DNA from: Octopus vulgaris
Lineage: Eukaryota
Assembly (NCBI GenBank): GCA_951406725.2
Contig: OX597833.1
Coordinates: 4,650,001-4,714,000, forward strand
Direction of reading: 5' to 3'
Length of the DNA stretch: 64,000 nt
Made by a program: the position numbers and the translations under genes. The notes beneath the pieces are model-generated. The model had not been told where the DNA came from. It ran no database searches and saw nothing but the letters and a program-made list of their open reading frames with translations. Shown here piece after piece: positions 40,189 through 52,640 of the stretch; position 1 is the stretch's first letter, and every line of letters starts with the position of its first letter.

Positions 40189-40619
40189 TTAATTATTTGA
40201 TTCAATCTTTTTTTTAGTGCAGCCTCCTAAAAAAGGTGCAGTTTTTGGATCTGGCTGGGATATTAAAAAACCGGTTGAGAGCCACTGCTCTAACGACTAC
40301 CCATGGTAGGTGTGATATGTGTAACCTCACGTTAAACATAACACAGACTACATCAGTAACTTTTGTCTGTTTCAATATATTACATGTTTTTTATGGCCAC
40401 AAATACTCAACTCATTGGATCATTTTAGATCCTTGTTTTTCTGTACTTGTAGCACTGTAAAAATCTCTCTGGATATCACAGGAAATGGCTGTAAATGTGT
40501 ATTGCCATCACTCTCTTATTCTCTCCCCATCTGTCTGTCTGTTTGTCTATAAATAAACGAATATATTATCAAACTTTCTGGTCTCATTAAAATTGTTCTT
40601 TTTCTTTTTTTTATTCCAG

Positions 40620-40668
40620 TGACTTTTTAATTCTTCCAGGTTTTATAGATTTCTCAGCAGATGCAGTG
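40620..40668 (+). CDS. IMPDH: IMPDH coding exon 2 (DFLILPGFIDFSADAV)
   Basis: ttttattccag| acceptor, GTG|gtaagt donor, 49 nt, phase joins exon 1 (AA+T = Asn). Confidence 0.97.
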
Positions 40669-40804
40669 GTAAGTCTTGCTTCTTCCATCATTAAGTTGTT
40701 TCATAGATCAAACTATTTTCTTTTAAATCCGTTAATCTCATTGAATCAATATTTTACAAATGTATCAATGGGGAACCTTTTGGAGTTTGCCAGAAATAAG
40801 TCAA

Positions 40805-40844
40805 GGTAACACACCTTGAGTCTGGCGCCTTAGACCGCTCGGCC
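40805..40844 (-). pseudogene. Fragment of (pre-)tRNA-Leu(CAA): D arm, anticodon and start of putative intron
   Basis: Minus strand reads GGCCGAGCGGTCTAAGGCGCCAGACTCAAG-GTGTGTTACC. The first 30 nt match the metazoan tRNA-Leu-CAA 5' exon. No acceptor stem or T arm. Confidence 0.8.
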
Positions 40845-41390
40845 GTCTGCCAGCCTCGTCTGGCACCTGTGTCGGTGGCACATAAAAAACACCATCCGAG
40901 CGTGGCCGTCTGCCAGCCTCGTCTGGCACCTGTGTCGGTGGCACATAAAAAACACCATCCGAGCGTGGCCGTTCGCCAGCCTGTCTGGCACCTGTGTCGG
41001 TGGCACATAAAAAACACCATCCGAGCGTGGCCGTTCGCCAGCCTCGTCTGGCACCTGTGTCGGTGGCACATAAAAAACACCATCCGAGCGTGGCCGTTCG
41101 CCAGCCTCGTCTGGCACCTGTGTCGGTGGCACATAAAAAACACCATCCGAGCGTGGCCGTTCGCCAGCCTCGTCTGGCACCTGTGTCGGTGGCACATAAA
41201 AAACACCATCCGAGCGTGGCCGTTCGCCAGCCTCGTCTGGCACCTGTGTCGGTGGCACATAAAAAACACCATCCGAGCGTGGCCGTCTGCCAGCCTCGTC
41301 TGGCACCTGTGTCGGTGGCACATAAAAAACACCATCCGAGCGTGGCCGTCTGCCAGCCTCGTCTGGCACCTGTGTCGGTGGCACATAAAA
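40841..41390 (+). repeat. 63-bp minisatellite, about 8.8 near-identical copies
   Basis: Unit GGCCGT(CT/TC)GCCAGCCTCGTCTGGCACCTGTGTCGGTGGCACATAAAAAACACCATCCGAGCGT starting at 40841, 40904, 40967 (62 bp), 41029, 41092, 41155, 41218, 41281 and 41344. Confidence 0.97.
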
Positions 41391-41830
41391 TCACCCACTA
41401 CACTCTCGGAGTGGTTGGCATTAGGAAGGGCATCCAGCTGTAGAAACACTGCCGGATCTGACTGGCCTGGTGTAGCCTTCGGGCTTGCCAGACCCCAGTT
41501 GAACCGTCCAACCCATGCTAGCATGGAAAGCGGACGTTAAACGATGATGATGATGATGATGATGAAGTCAAATCCCTCCCAAATTACAACACTTGTTGTC
41601 AGTGCTGCCATTATTTTAACATCCCCTTTTCCATGCTTGTATGGGTTGGGTGAAATTCGAGGCAGATTTTCAGTGGTTGGATGCCGTTCCTGACACCAGT
41701 CTTCACCCACCACTAAGCATAATATTTCCCCATTGTTAGACAAGTTTACATAAAAGATTAGAAACAAAACACTGCTTGTATGATGGTGATGTTCTTTTAC
41801 AACCATCTCATGTGATGTAAAAATAAGGAC

Positions 41831-41875
<45 letters not shown>

Positions 41876-42434
41876 ACAATTAAAGATTCACAAAGCAGTG
41901 ATGATTTTAATTAATATGGGTGTGTACAATTAGACTTAATTACTGCTTTTTGTGCATCTGTTAATTCTAGTTTGACAAAGCTTTGCCCACAAGTATTTTA
42001 TTTGCTGTTTAAATGAAAGAACAATATTTCTTCTTAGTGGGCTGCGAGCATTCGATTTCCTGTGCATTGCTGATGAGGTTTCAGAACACAGAAACATGTT
42101 TCTGACAGCTGAGTGATGTTGCTCAAAGCTCAGCTCAGTCTTTTTACTCACACATTGTTTTGTTAGAATTTCTCTACAGTTTTTGCTGCATGGGTCTTTC
42201 CACATTTCAGTGCAGATGACCATATTAAACATAATTGTGTACACACACCTGATGGGCTTCTTTCAGGTTCCATCTACCAAATTTATAAACACGGTTTTAG
42301 TGAACCCAAGGCTGTAGTAGAAGACACTTGCCCAAGATGCCACACAGTAGGACTGAACCCCAATCCATGTGGTTGGGACACAAATCACGCAACCCCACTG
42401 CTACACCTGTTCCATTGTTGTTGTTGATAATTAA

Positions 42435-42611
<177 letters not shown>

Positions 42612-43601
42612 TAATCCTTTCGTATTTAAACTGACCATATGCAACCCAAATAATCAACTTGCTTTACGTTCAGACTGGCCAGGTCCAGCCTCTCACACCT
42701 ACCCTACAATGTCATTCTAATAATATACAACCACATCATTTAAATTTCAAAGCTATAAGATAATGCATGATTAATTCAAGACAATGTGAATAAATAAATA
42801 TTACATTTGACTGAGTAATCTGTAATCTAAAGGATTAAATATTTGGTTTGTGGCAAGGTTGTTAATTGTTAGAATGTATGATGAGATGAAAGATGAGAGA
42901 ATGGAAGAAAATAATTTAATTGTGCATTGTTTTAGAAAGTTGTTTGCATTGAGTTTACATTGTTCCTTTTGTGTGTGTGTGTGTATGCATGCATATATAA
43001 ATATATATGTGTGTGTGTATATATTTATATATATTTTTTTTCTTTTTTTTTTTACTTGTTTCAGTCATTGGACTGCGGCCATGTTGGGGCACTGCTTTGA
43101 AAGGTTCGGTTACAAATTAACCTCAGTGTCTATTTTTTTCAATCTGGTATTAATTCTATTAGTCTCTTGCCAAACTGTTAAGTTAAACGGATGTTAACAA
43201 ACCAACACAAGTTGCCATGTGGTGGTGGGACACACACATAAGCTATATAATAGGCTTCTTTCAGTTTCTGTCTACCAAATCCACTCAAGGCTTTGGTCAA
43301 CTGAAGACCATAGTAGATGCTTACTCCAGGTGGTGGTCGTGGCTGGATTACTTTTTTAGCCAAGTTCAAGTTCTCTTGGTGTGTGTCTGTAGGAGTTGGG
43401 GAAAGATGTCAGTGAAAGTGACTCGGGTGAGAGGAGGTGATGACTGGCAGTAGAGAAAGGGCAGATAATGCATTTGCTTAATAAAATCGGATTGAGAGAT
43501 TTCTTTGACTGTTTTGGATGGTGAAACATTTTGAGTTTTTGTAATCCTCATTTCTAAGTGGAATTTGATCCTAATTAATTAATTAATTTGTCTGTTTCTA
43601 G

Positions 43602-43676
43602 CTGTGTGGTGGTGTAGGTGTGATACATCATAACTGTACACCACAATTCCAGGCAAATGAAGTGCGTAAAGTTAAG
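43602..43676 (+). CDS. IMPDH: IMPDH coding exon 4 ([25 protein letters not shown])
   Basis: tttctag| ... AAG|gtaagc; 75 nt. Confidence 0.98.
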
Positions 43677-43855
43677 GTAAGCTTCACTTTGACCCCTTTG
43701 TCCTCCTGAAACTACTTAACCATCCACTCATATCTATATTCATCAGAATATTTAAATTTTATTGACTCATTTTTGCTTAATTTTGTAATTAACTAAATTC
43801 TTTTTTTTTTTTTTAATTATCTAAAGCGATTTAATTTCAATAATTTTATTTCCAG

Positions 43856-44062
43856 AAATACGAGCAAGGTTTTATTCTTGATCCAGTTGTGATGTCACCT
43901 CAGCATACAGTACGAGATGTTGTGGAAGCAAAAAAGAAATTTGGTTTCTCAGGTATTCCAATCACTGAGAATGGTAGCATGGGGCAGAAACTGGTTGGTT
44001 TGGTCACACAGAGAGACATAGATTTCTTAACGCCTGATGAATATCATACAAAACTTCAAGAT
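43856..44062 (+). CDS. IMPDH: IMPDH coding exon 5, CBS1 of the Bateman domain ([15 protein letters not shown]...[21 protein letters not shown])
   Basis: tttccag| ... GAT|gtaagt; 207 nt; overlaps ORF 43889..44131. Confidence 0.98.
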
Positions 44063-45226
44063 GTAAGTGTAATAAAAAATAAAACCACTTGTTTTTGTTA
44101 CTGTTTCCACACACACTCTTTCACTATCTAACACAGTGCTTTTCAAACTTTTTGCTGGAGCGGAACCCCAAGGAAACATTCCACTGGCTCGGGGAACCCC
44201 TGTGCAATAATTTAATAAGTCTTATGCACACATATCTGCACAGGAGAATTAAAAATTACTGCCAATTTTAGCAGTTTTGTAACTTCTTGCGGAAACCCTG
44301 GACTGTACTGGCAGAACCCTAAGGTTCCGCAGAACCCTGATTGAAAACCACATGGCCCCACATGTTCACCCTCTCACTTTTTTCACACTTAAGGGCAGTT
44401 AACAAATTATTTTAGGGCTGGTGTTTCGATCAACAGTTGTTTCAGCTGTTATAAACTTAAACATGTTAGTAGCTGAAGGAGGGGCACATCACATAAGGCA
44501 ACCGATGACTTCCCTAATGGTACAGTTTTATATCGTACTGTGTTTAAAGCCCATCATCTCTGAAGGGCAATAACCTCAATGTCTCATTCCTTAAACTGTG
44601 TCATCATCATTATTTGACCGTGTTCGAGACAATGGAATTTACTATGTTACGCCAGGCTTCATGGTCCATCATAGCATTTACAGAGGTCCTGTTGCTGGAT
44701 GCCTGTATCCCTGGAGATTACATCAGGGTAGGAGAGTGTGCGCCCTCTGGTATTGCGAGTAGATGGCTTCCAGAGGAGAAGAGTAGAAATTGCCTCGTTT
44801 TCAGCTCTACAATTGGACTCTTCTACCTTTCACAAGAGATGATACAGGTGGTAATTTCCCATATATTTGTACTTTAATTGAATGACGCTTCCACGAGAGA
44901 TTTGATATGATATACTACCTCATATGATATAGTGTATCTCATATGATACACTGTGGTAGTGCAGGGTTGCTATAATACAGGTTAATCCTAGCCTTAGTGA
45001 TAGGCTGGTTGAAGCTTTGGTGATGGGTCACTGGTTTTTGCAGATGCCACTTACTGCCTTATCAGTAGCTACCATCTGCATTTGTGTCACAGAAGGCCAG
45101 TTGTGGTTTTGGGACATTGGATAAAATTGCAACCTAGATGGGTGGGTGTGGTCGTGGTCTTAGTGAGGGCCAGTTGTACCTTGAGAATCTCCGTATCTGA
45201 AGTATTTTTTTTTTTACCTTTCACAG

Positions 45227-45314
45227 GTGATGACCAGATATGAAGACCTTGTTGTTGCCTTTGAGGGACTCACTCTGAAAGAAGCCAACCAAATTCTACA
45301 GAAGAGCAAAAAAG
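45227..45314 (+). CDS. IMPDH: IMPDH coding exon 6 ([29 protein letters not shown])
   Basis: ctttcacag| ... AAAG|gtattt; 88 nt; CBS2. Confidence 0.98.
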
Positions 45315-46115
45315 GTATTTTCAGTGAACCAAAATTTAGATCTCTTTAAATCCTTCAGCATTCAGATTTCTCTGTCAAATGTAATACTTGTTCACCTTGT
45401 TTTGAATTAATCAAACATTAACCCTTTAATGTTCAGATTATTCAATCAAACATAATGCCTATTGATTCCCATTGATTTGAATTAATCATGCATTATCTCA
45501 TATCTTCAAGATCTTGATGGTGTAATTACTTAATGTAGAATAACATTGTAGGGTAGGTGTGAGAGCCTGGATCTGGTCAGTTTGAACATAAAACAGATTA
45601 ACCATTATGGCCGGTTTAAATACTAAAGGGTTAATCTCATAGCTTTGAGAGTTCAATGTTTAGTTTTAGTTTATTTGTAGAATGACATTGTAGGGTAGGT
45701 CTGATAGGCTGGATCTGATTGGTTTCAGTTCAAAACAAAATATTTGGACTGAATATAGCTTGTATAATTCTTTTGCGTACAAATTGACCATATCTGGCCA
45801 GCCTCTCACGCCTTGCCTACAATGTCATTCTAAAAAGAATCACATCATTGAAATCTCAAAGCTATGGGATAATGCAGGGTTTGTAATGTAGAACCAGCAG
45901 TCCTGGGTGGTGGATGTCAAAACGGGTAAACATCTGTGTATATCATTACAATAAAATTCTTTTATAGAATGTTGAATATAGTAAATTTATGAATTGATTT
46001 TTTTTTTTTTTTTTTTTTAAATACCTGAGCGCAGTTTGCTGTTAATTAAGATTAATGCTGGTGTAACGGGTTTCTGTTTAATGAAACCAATTAAGTCTTC
46101 TGTTCTCTTTCGTAG

Positions 46116-46218
46116 GTAAATTACCAATTTTGAATAAAGAATCTGAGCTGGTCGCATTGATAGCACGTACAGACACAAAGAAGAACCGAGAATTTCCACT
46201 TGCTTCTAAAGATGACAA
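46116..46218 (+). CDS. IMPDH: IMPDH coding exon 7 ([34 protein letters not shown])
   Basis: ctttcgtag| ... AA|gtaagg; 103 nt. Confidence 0.97.
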
Positions 46219-46458
46219 GTAAGGGTTTCTTATTCCCTTTTTTTTACACGTGTGGGTGTGTGTGTAGGTGTAAGCTTGGCTGATCAGTTAAGCAATTCAC
46301 TTCTGAACCTGATAGTCTTGAGTTTTGTCCTGCTCTGTGGAACATTAGGCAAGTGTCTCCTACTGTAGCTCTGCCCTGACACAATCCTTGTGGGTGGATT
46401 TGGTAGACAGAAACCTAAAGAAACTCTTTGCATATATATATATATATATATATATATA

Positions 46459-46862
46459 CTAGCAGTATAGCCTGGTGTTGCTCAGGCTTGTTTTCTTTTC
46501 GACCCTTTAGAATTGGAATTTTTGAAAAGTAAAAATTTTGCATTATGTAGCCTGTTATTCTCTTTAAGTGAACATCTTTCTGGTTGAAATACACCAAAAA
46601 ATGGCAACACAGCAGTAAAAAAATCGTAAAAAAATAGGGATTTTCATAGAAAAAAAAAGCACCTTTTTGATGTAAATAATTTTTGGTGTTAACATGGTCT
46701 GATTTGAATTTTTCTTCTACGGAAGGAAGAGCAAGCCTTCTTCTATCATACTCTCAATTTTGGTCAACTTGTGCTGCAGGGTCTCGGAGGAGATAGTGTT
46801 AGTTGAAGGCTACCAAACCTGCCATGCACAGACAATTTCAGCTTAATATATATATATATATA
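46459..46862 (-). mobile_element. Non-autonomous Helitron-like element
   Basis: Minus strand ends in hairpin GCCTGAGCAACACCAGGC 7 nt before CTAG|T and begins (TA)nTTAAGCTGAAATTGTCTGTG. Inserted in the AT microsatellite of a SINE. Confidence 0.65.
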
Positions 46863-47268
46863 TATGTTTGTGTACTGTTTTGTTAGTTGTAAATGAGCAT
46901 AACAATCATACAAACATCCTTCATATCCAATTTTCCATGGAAACCTGTTTTGGCTGTGGGGAAATATTACTTTGCTTGGAACCATCCGAGGGTTAATGAT
47001 AGGAAGGACATCTGGCTATAGAAAATCTGTTTCATCAGATTTTATCTGACCCATGCCGGCATGGAAAAGTGGATGTTAAAATGGTGTGGGTGTGTCAAAA
47101 TGAATCTCTTTTACTGTCAGGAAATGAGCTTTTTTCCTTTTCTTACCTACCTTAAACCAGGGATGTTCTGGACTGGGTTGGTATCAAAATGTCTCAGCTA
47201 TAAACCTTATTTTGTTAACATTCCTGTAAGTCTTACTAAAAAATATCCTTTTTTTCTCCTCTTTGTAG

Positions 47269-47365
47269 GAAACAGCTTCTTGTAGGTGCTGCAATTAGTA
47301 CACAGGACAGTGACTACCCTAGACTGGAGCAACTTGTCCAAGCCGGAGTAGATTTTGTTGTTTTG
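47269..47365 (+). CDS. IMPDH: IMPDH coding exon 8 (KKQLLVGAAISTQDSDYPRLEQLVQAGVDFVVL)
   Basis: ctctttgtag| ... TTG|gtgagt; 97 nt. Confidence 0.97.
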
Positions 47366-47913
47366 GTGAGTATGCTTATTGATATGGTACCCTGGCATCT
47401 CCAAGTGGAGGGGCTACTGCTAACCAGAAGTCATTAAGGGTGGTGGCAGCTCTTGCTAGGGTATTGGAGGGGGGGGGTCTGTTGGCCACAGTTTTCTGTT
47501 CTCTTTCAAAGTATTATGGCCCACATTTCTAAGGGATTGGCATGGCTGTGAGGTTAAGAAGTTTGCTTCTCAACCATGGGCTTTTGGGTTCAGCAGCACT
47601 CCATGACATTTTGGGCAAGTGTTTGTGTTTGTGCTGTATTTAAAGTAACAAACCAGAGGTGGTGGTGTTCACTTCTCTCAACAAATTGTTTGCTTGCTTT
47701 GCACCCTCAAAGGTGTGTAATTCTTTACTTGGAAAAACAGATAAAGGTTAGCAACAAGAAGGGCAGCCATCTGTAAAGCAATGCCTCAACATGTATTCAT
47801 CTAACTCATGCTATCCTGGAAAGAGATGTAAAAACAACAAATTATATTTTATTGCTTTCTAAAACCTAAATTTTTCTCTGTATTTATTATTTTATTCTGG
47901 AAACTTCTTTCAG

Positions 47914-48004
47914 GATTCTTCCCAGGGCAATTCCATTTTCCAAATTAATATGATCCGGGCCATCAAACAAAAGCATCCAGAACTACAAGTTGTTGGTGGA
48001 AATG
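47914..48004 (+). CDS. IMPDH: IMPDH coding exon 9 ([30 protein letters not shown])
   Basis: ttctttcag| ... ATG|gtaggt; 91 nt; DSSQGNS NAD-site motif. Confidence 0.98.
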
Positions 48005-48409
48005 GTAGGTTTAAACATTTTTTCCCATATTCTTGGTTCCACATCAGTTATTTTCTAAGGGGTGATGAGTGGGCAGGTGGCCAGTGACTAAACCAGTTCC
48101 CTCACCTGGATTGCCAGCTGAGGAGAGTGTTGTTCACTCTCTGCCGGCCCCAAAACAAGACTTGTCAAAGGATGGACAAGCTGATTGTGGGCCACTGGCT
48201 GTCACATAAAATCATCCGGTACATGGGCTGGCAAACCATGCAACTGACCCATGACCATGGTCACAATAACTCCCATGAAAGACAGACTGCTCTTAATACG
48301 AAGTTGATGTCGTTAAGAACTTTGGTTTGCGACAACCACATGGGTTTTAAGTTTTATCTTACTGCATAACAGCCTTTGGCCATCTAACATCTTGTGAATG
48401 CAATTTTGG

Positions 48410-48442
<33 letters not shown>

Positions 48443-49380
48443 TTCAGGTGTATGCTTTTGCATTGTCATTGTGTGGGCAAAAATAACTAAATTTACAAAT
48501 GTCACAATGTCATGTAGCTGTGAGGCTTTGTTGTGTGTAAAACCCAGTGTGCATAACCTACTCAAGTTGAAAAACCAGTCAGGTTTGTCTGCACCTCAAG
48601 CAACAGGTCTACAATCTGAATAGACTGATAATTCTTTCATTATTTCTGATAACGAGTCATTGCACTTGAAATATAAAGGTTATTAAATTTGTTCTTTTTC
48701 CAGTATTTTAACTCTCCCCCCATCTTTACGCATTTTGTTCTACAGTTTTTTAGGTAGTTTATTTTAGTACAAGTGTGTGTGTGTGTGTGTTTAACCCTTC
48801 ATAAGTTTTGAATTGAAATCTTCCACCAAACCTTAGTCACAATTTTATCTTCCTAACACTAGCTTAATGATAACTAGGTTATTTTACTAAATTCTTTGTT
48901 ATATTTAAAGTAATTGAAAGAAACACAGAGCATCTCAACAGAAATACAATAACAAAAGGGTTAAAATATATAATAGAGAAACAATTTTTTCCCCATTTGA
49001 TACCAACCTGGCTGAAACTGCCTCTGGCTCTAATTCAAAGGTTTTGAATTAAAATCTTCCACCAAACCTTAGTCACAATTTATGTTCCTAACACTAGTTT
49101 AATGATAACTAGATTATTTTACTAAATTCTTTGTTATATTTAAAATTAATTGAAAGAAACACAGAGCATCTCAAAATAAATACAGTAACGAAAGGGTTAA
49201 AGAGTATATTTCCCTACCACATAATTATGAGTTCAATGTGTGTGGGACTTTGGGCAAGTCTACCGTGTGTGTGTGTGTATTTGCAAGTGTTTATGTCTTG
49301 TCTTGATATTGCATGATTACTGTAAATATTCTGCAAAATATATCTGGCCAAAGGGAAATACCTTGTTTGGAAATAGATAA

Positions 49381-49614
<234 letters not shown>

Positions 49615-50365
49615 TAACCATTTAGCATTTTAATCTGCTGTATCCAGCCTAAATAAGTCTACCTGTATTGTGTTCAAATTGATCCGTTTTTCACGCCTGC
49701 CATACAATATCACTCTAAAAATAGGTCAAGTGGAGATAATGCCTGATTTATTGAAAACTATTTGAACAAATAAGCATTACTTTTGACAATAATCTGAATA
49801 CGAATGATTAAACTTCCCATTTTTAAACTTATTTAAATTCAAAACCTTCCCTCAAAATATTTTATTCTAATCATCTGATTTATAATTATTTTAGTAAATT
49901 CATTATTTTCAAAATTAAGTAGAACTGTCAGTGTTCCTATCAACTATTTTTTATTACCATATTTCTCTTGAAATCCACTGCAGTTTATTTCAATCTAATT
50001 TAACCCTTTAGTGTTTGCATTATTCTGCCAAAATTAATCCCTTTTTTATCCACTTTGTTTTAAACTAATCATGCATTATCTTGAAGCTATGAGATTTTGA
50101 TGAGGTAGCTGTTAATTTTTAAAACGATATTGTCGGGTTGGTGTGAGAGACCAGATCTGGCCAGTTTGAATATAGAACAGGCAGAATACTTTTGGCCGGT
50201 TTAAACGCTAAAGGGTTAAAAGTAAAGAAGAGTTTGTTAAGTATTTCTATTGAAATACAAAATTATTTTATGAATTTGTTATTTCCACCATTAATTCAGA
50301 CAAACCATAGTATGTTCCTTCAGAAATATAGTAAATGAACCTCTTCTGCATCTCTCTTCTCGTAG

Positions 50366-50509
50366 TGATGGCTGTTGGTCGTCCTCAAGGGACAGCTGTA
50401 TATAAAGTTGCTGAATACGCTCGACGCTTTGGTATACCTGTGATTGCAGATGGTGGGATTTCCACGGTTGGCCATTGTATAAAGGCTTTATCTTTAGGGG
50501 CATCCACTG
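50366..50509 (+). CDS. IMPDH: IMPDH coding exon 11 ([48 protein letters not shown])
   Basis: ttctcgtag| ... CTG|gtaagc; 144 nt; IADGGI motif, Arg356. Confidence 0.99.
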
Positions 50510-51700
50510 GTAAGCCTTGGTCTTTTCTGTTTTTCTTTTTTGTTTTATTGTGTTTCTTTGAATGAAGAGGGTGTTGTAGAATCATCTTATTACCATTTAC
50601 TTCATTGCCATTGTCCTCCATCACCATGATGTTGGTGTTATTGTTCTCATCACCACCACCCACAAGTCTACAAAGGAGCTTCTACATTGAGTCACTTGAA
50701 TTGCTAAAAAATTAAAATAAAACTCAGCTAAATCTCCCCAAATCACACCCTGGTTACTATTTTAACATCCACTTTTCCATGCACACACTTCAGTTTCTCT
50801 CTACCAAATCAACTCACAAGGTTTTGGTCAGCTCCAGGTTATCGTGGAAGACCCTTGGCCTAAGGTGCCACACTGTGGAACTGAACTCAAAACCATCTGA
50901 TTGGAAAATAAACTTCTCAATCACTGTGATTGAGAAATTTTTGCAACCCTGTGCCAATGTGCAACACCTTTGGTAAGTGTCTTCTTCCAAAGCCTTGTGA
51001 ATGCATTTGGCTGACGGAAACTGAAAAGAAGCCTCCGTGTGTGTGTGTGTGTGTGTGTATTCATGTCTCCTTGTGTTGATATTGTGCTCTACTTTGCAAA
51101 GAAGTGTTACTGTTGTGCAAGTATTATCCTCCACTTGTAATCTTAAGCAATAACGTCTGGTTTTTGTGCAGTTAATGTTTGGAGGACTTGATAGGAAACA
51201 TCTGGCTTGGAAACAGGTGGGGGGAGGGGTTGTGGTGGTGCTGGTTGGTAACATCTGCCATAAATGGATTTAGTTTGATCTATGTAACCATAGGAAAGTG
51301 ACTGTTAAAATGATCATCACATATGTGTATATATGCATTACATTATATGTATGTGTTTGTGTGTAATAAATATATATTAGAGGGAAACCACTAATATGTA
51401 TATAATTTTTACTGAACCTCAGTTTTTCTATATGCTAGACCACTGGTGTAAATCGATGTTAATTAAATTAATATCTAATTTCTCACCCTCATTTTAAATT
51501 ATATATATATATATATAATCAAAACAGAAGATTGGAAAATTTTGGTGAATTAACAATACCAAAATCATTTTTCTAATTCTCCTAATTTTGTTATTCTGCA
51601 GAAAATATCTTATTCCTCAAACAAATAGAATATCTAATTACAGATTTAGAATACTGAAATAAGCAGATGTGTTTTAAAGAGGACACAACCTGGATTTTAA

Positions 51701-52066
<366 letters not shown>

Positions 52067-52104
52067 TAAAAACCTATCTGACCTTCCTGCGTTTGTTCTT
52101 ACAG

Positions 52105-52248
52105 TGAAAGTGATAAACTCAAGGTGGCCCAGGGGGTTTCCGGTTCAATCGTCGATAAAGGCTCCATTCATAAGTTTGTACCGTATTTAATATCTGGTGT
52201 GCAGCATGGTTGTCAAGACATTGGTGCTAAAAGTCTTTCTGCATTGAG
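52105..52248 (+). CDS. IMPDH: IMPDH coding exon 13 ([48 protein letters not shown])
   Basis: ttcttacag| ... GAG|gtaagt; 144 nt; eukaryote-type Gln441 (VAQGVSG). Confidence 0.98.
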
Positions 52249-52362
52249 GTAAGTCTGTTCTTTTATTCAATTATTCCTGTCTAACTACTCTATAAAATCC
52301 AGAACTGTACTAATATACTGCAACTATTTACTCGACAACACTTGCTTAACCCTTTAGCATTT

Positions 52363-52640
52363 AAACTGTCAAAATCTGGTCCCAAACACTTTTATATCCA
52401 AATTGGCTATGTCTGGTCCCAAACACTTTTGTGTCCAAACTGTCAAAATCTGGTCCCAAACACTTTTATATCCGAACTGGCAATGTCTGGTCCCAAACAC
52501 TTTTGTGTCCAAACTGTCAAAATCTGGTCCCAAACACTTTTATATCTAAACTGGCAATGTCTGGTCCCAAACACTTTTGTGTCCAAACTGTCAAAATCTG
52601 GTCCCAAACGCTTTTATATTCAAACTGTCAAAATCTGGCC
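52363..52640 (+). repeat. 37-bp minisatellite with alternating A/B units (74-bp higher-order repeat) inside a D1-type MITE (52350-52785)
   Basis: A = AAACTGTCAAAATCTGGTCCCAAACACTTTTATATCC, B = AAA(T/C)TGGC(T/A)ATGTCTGGTCCCAAACACTTTTGTGTCC; order ABABABA plus a partial unit. Confidence 0.92.

Larger units (their letters stand above)
40805..41564 (+). mobile_element. Young family C insertion in IMPDH intron 2 with target-site duplication AAGTCAA
   Basis: AAGTCAA at 40798-40804 and 41565-41571 brackets the tRNA piece, the 63-bp array, the terminal module and the (GAT)n tail. Confidence 0.85.

Noticed and set aside
40770-40850. Complete intron-containing tRNA-Leu(CAA) gene on the minus strand (TTCTGG does follow the putative intron)
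   Set aside because: No acceptor stem, variable arm or T arm, and the TTCTGG lies outside the target-site duplication. Called a fragment only.
40841-41390. CRISPR-like appearance of the 63-bp array and of the variable-spacer units at 5343-5565
   Set aside because: The apparent spacers are homologous or identical to each other, there are no cas genes, and the arrays lie inside a (GAT)n-tailed retroelement in intron-rich eukaryotic DNA.
40754-41540. Long ORFs (up to 256 aa) on both strands
   Set aside because: By-product of a stop-free 63-bp unit (a multiple of 3); open in several frames at once and intronic.
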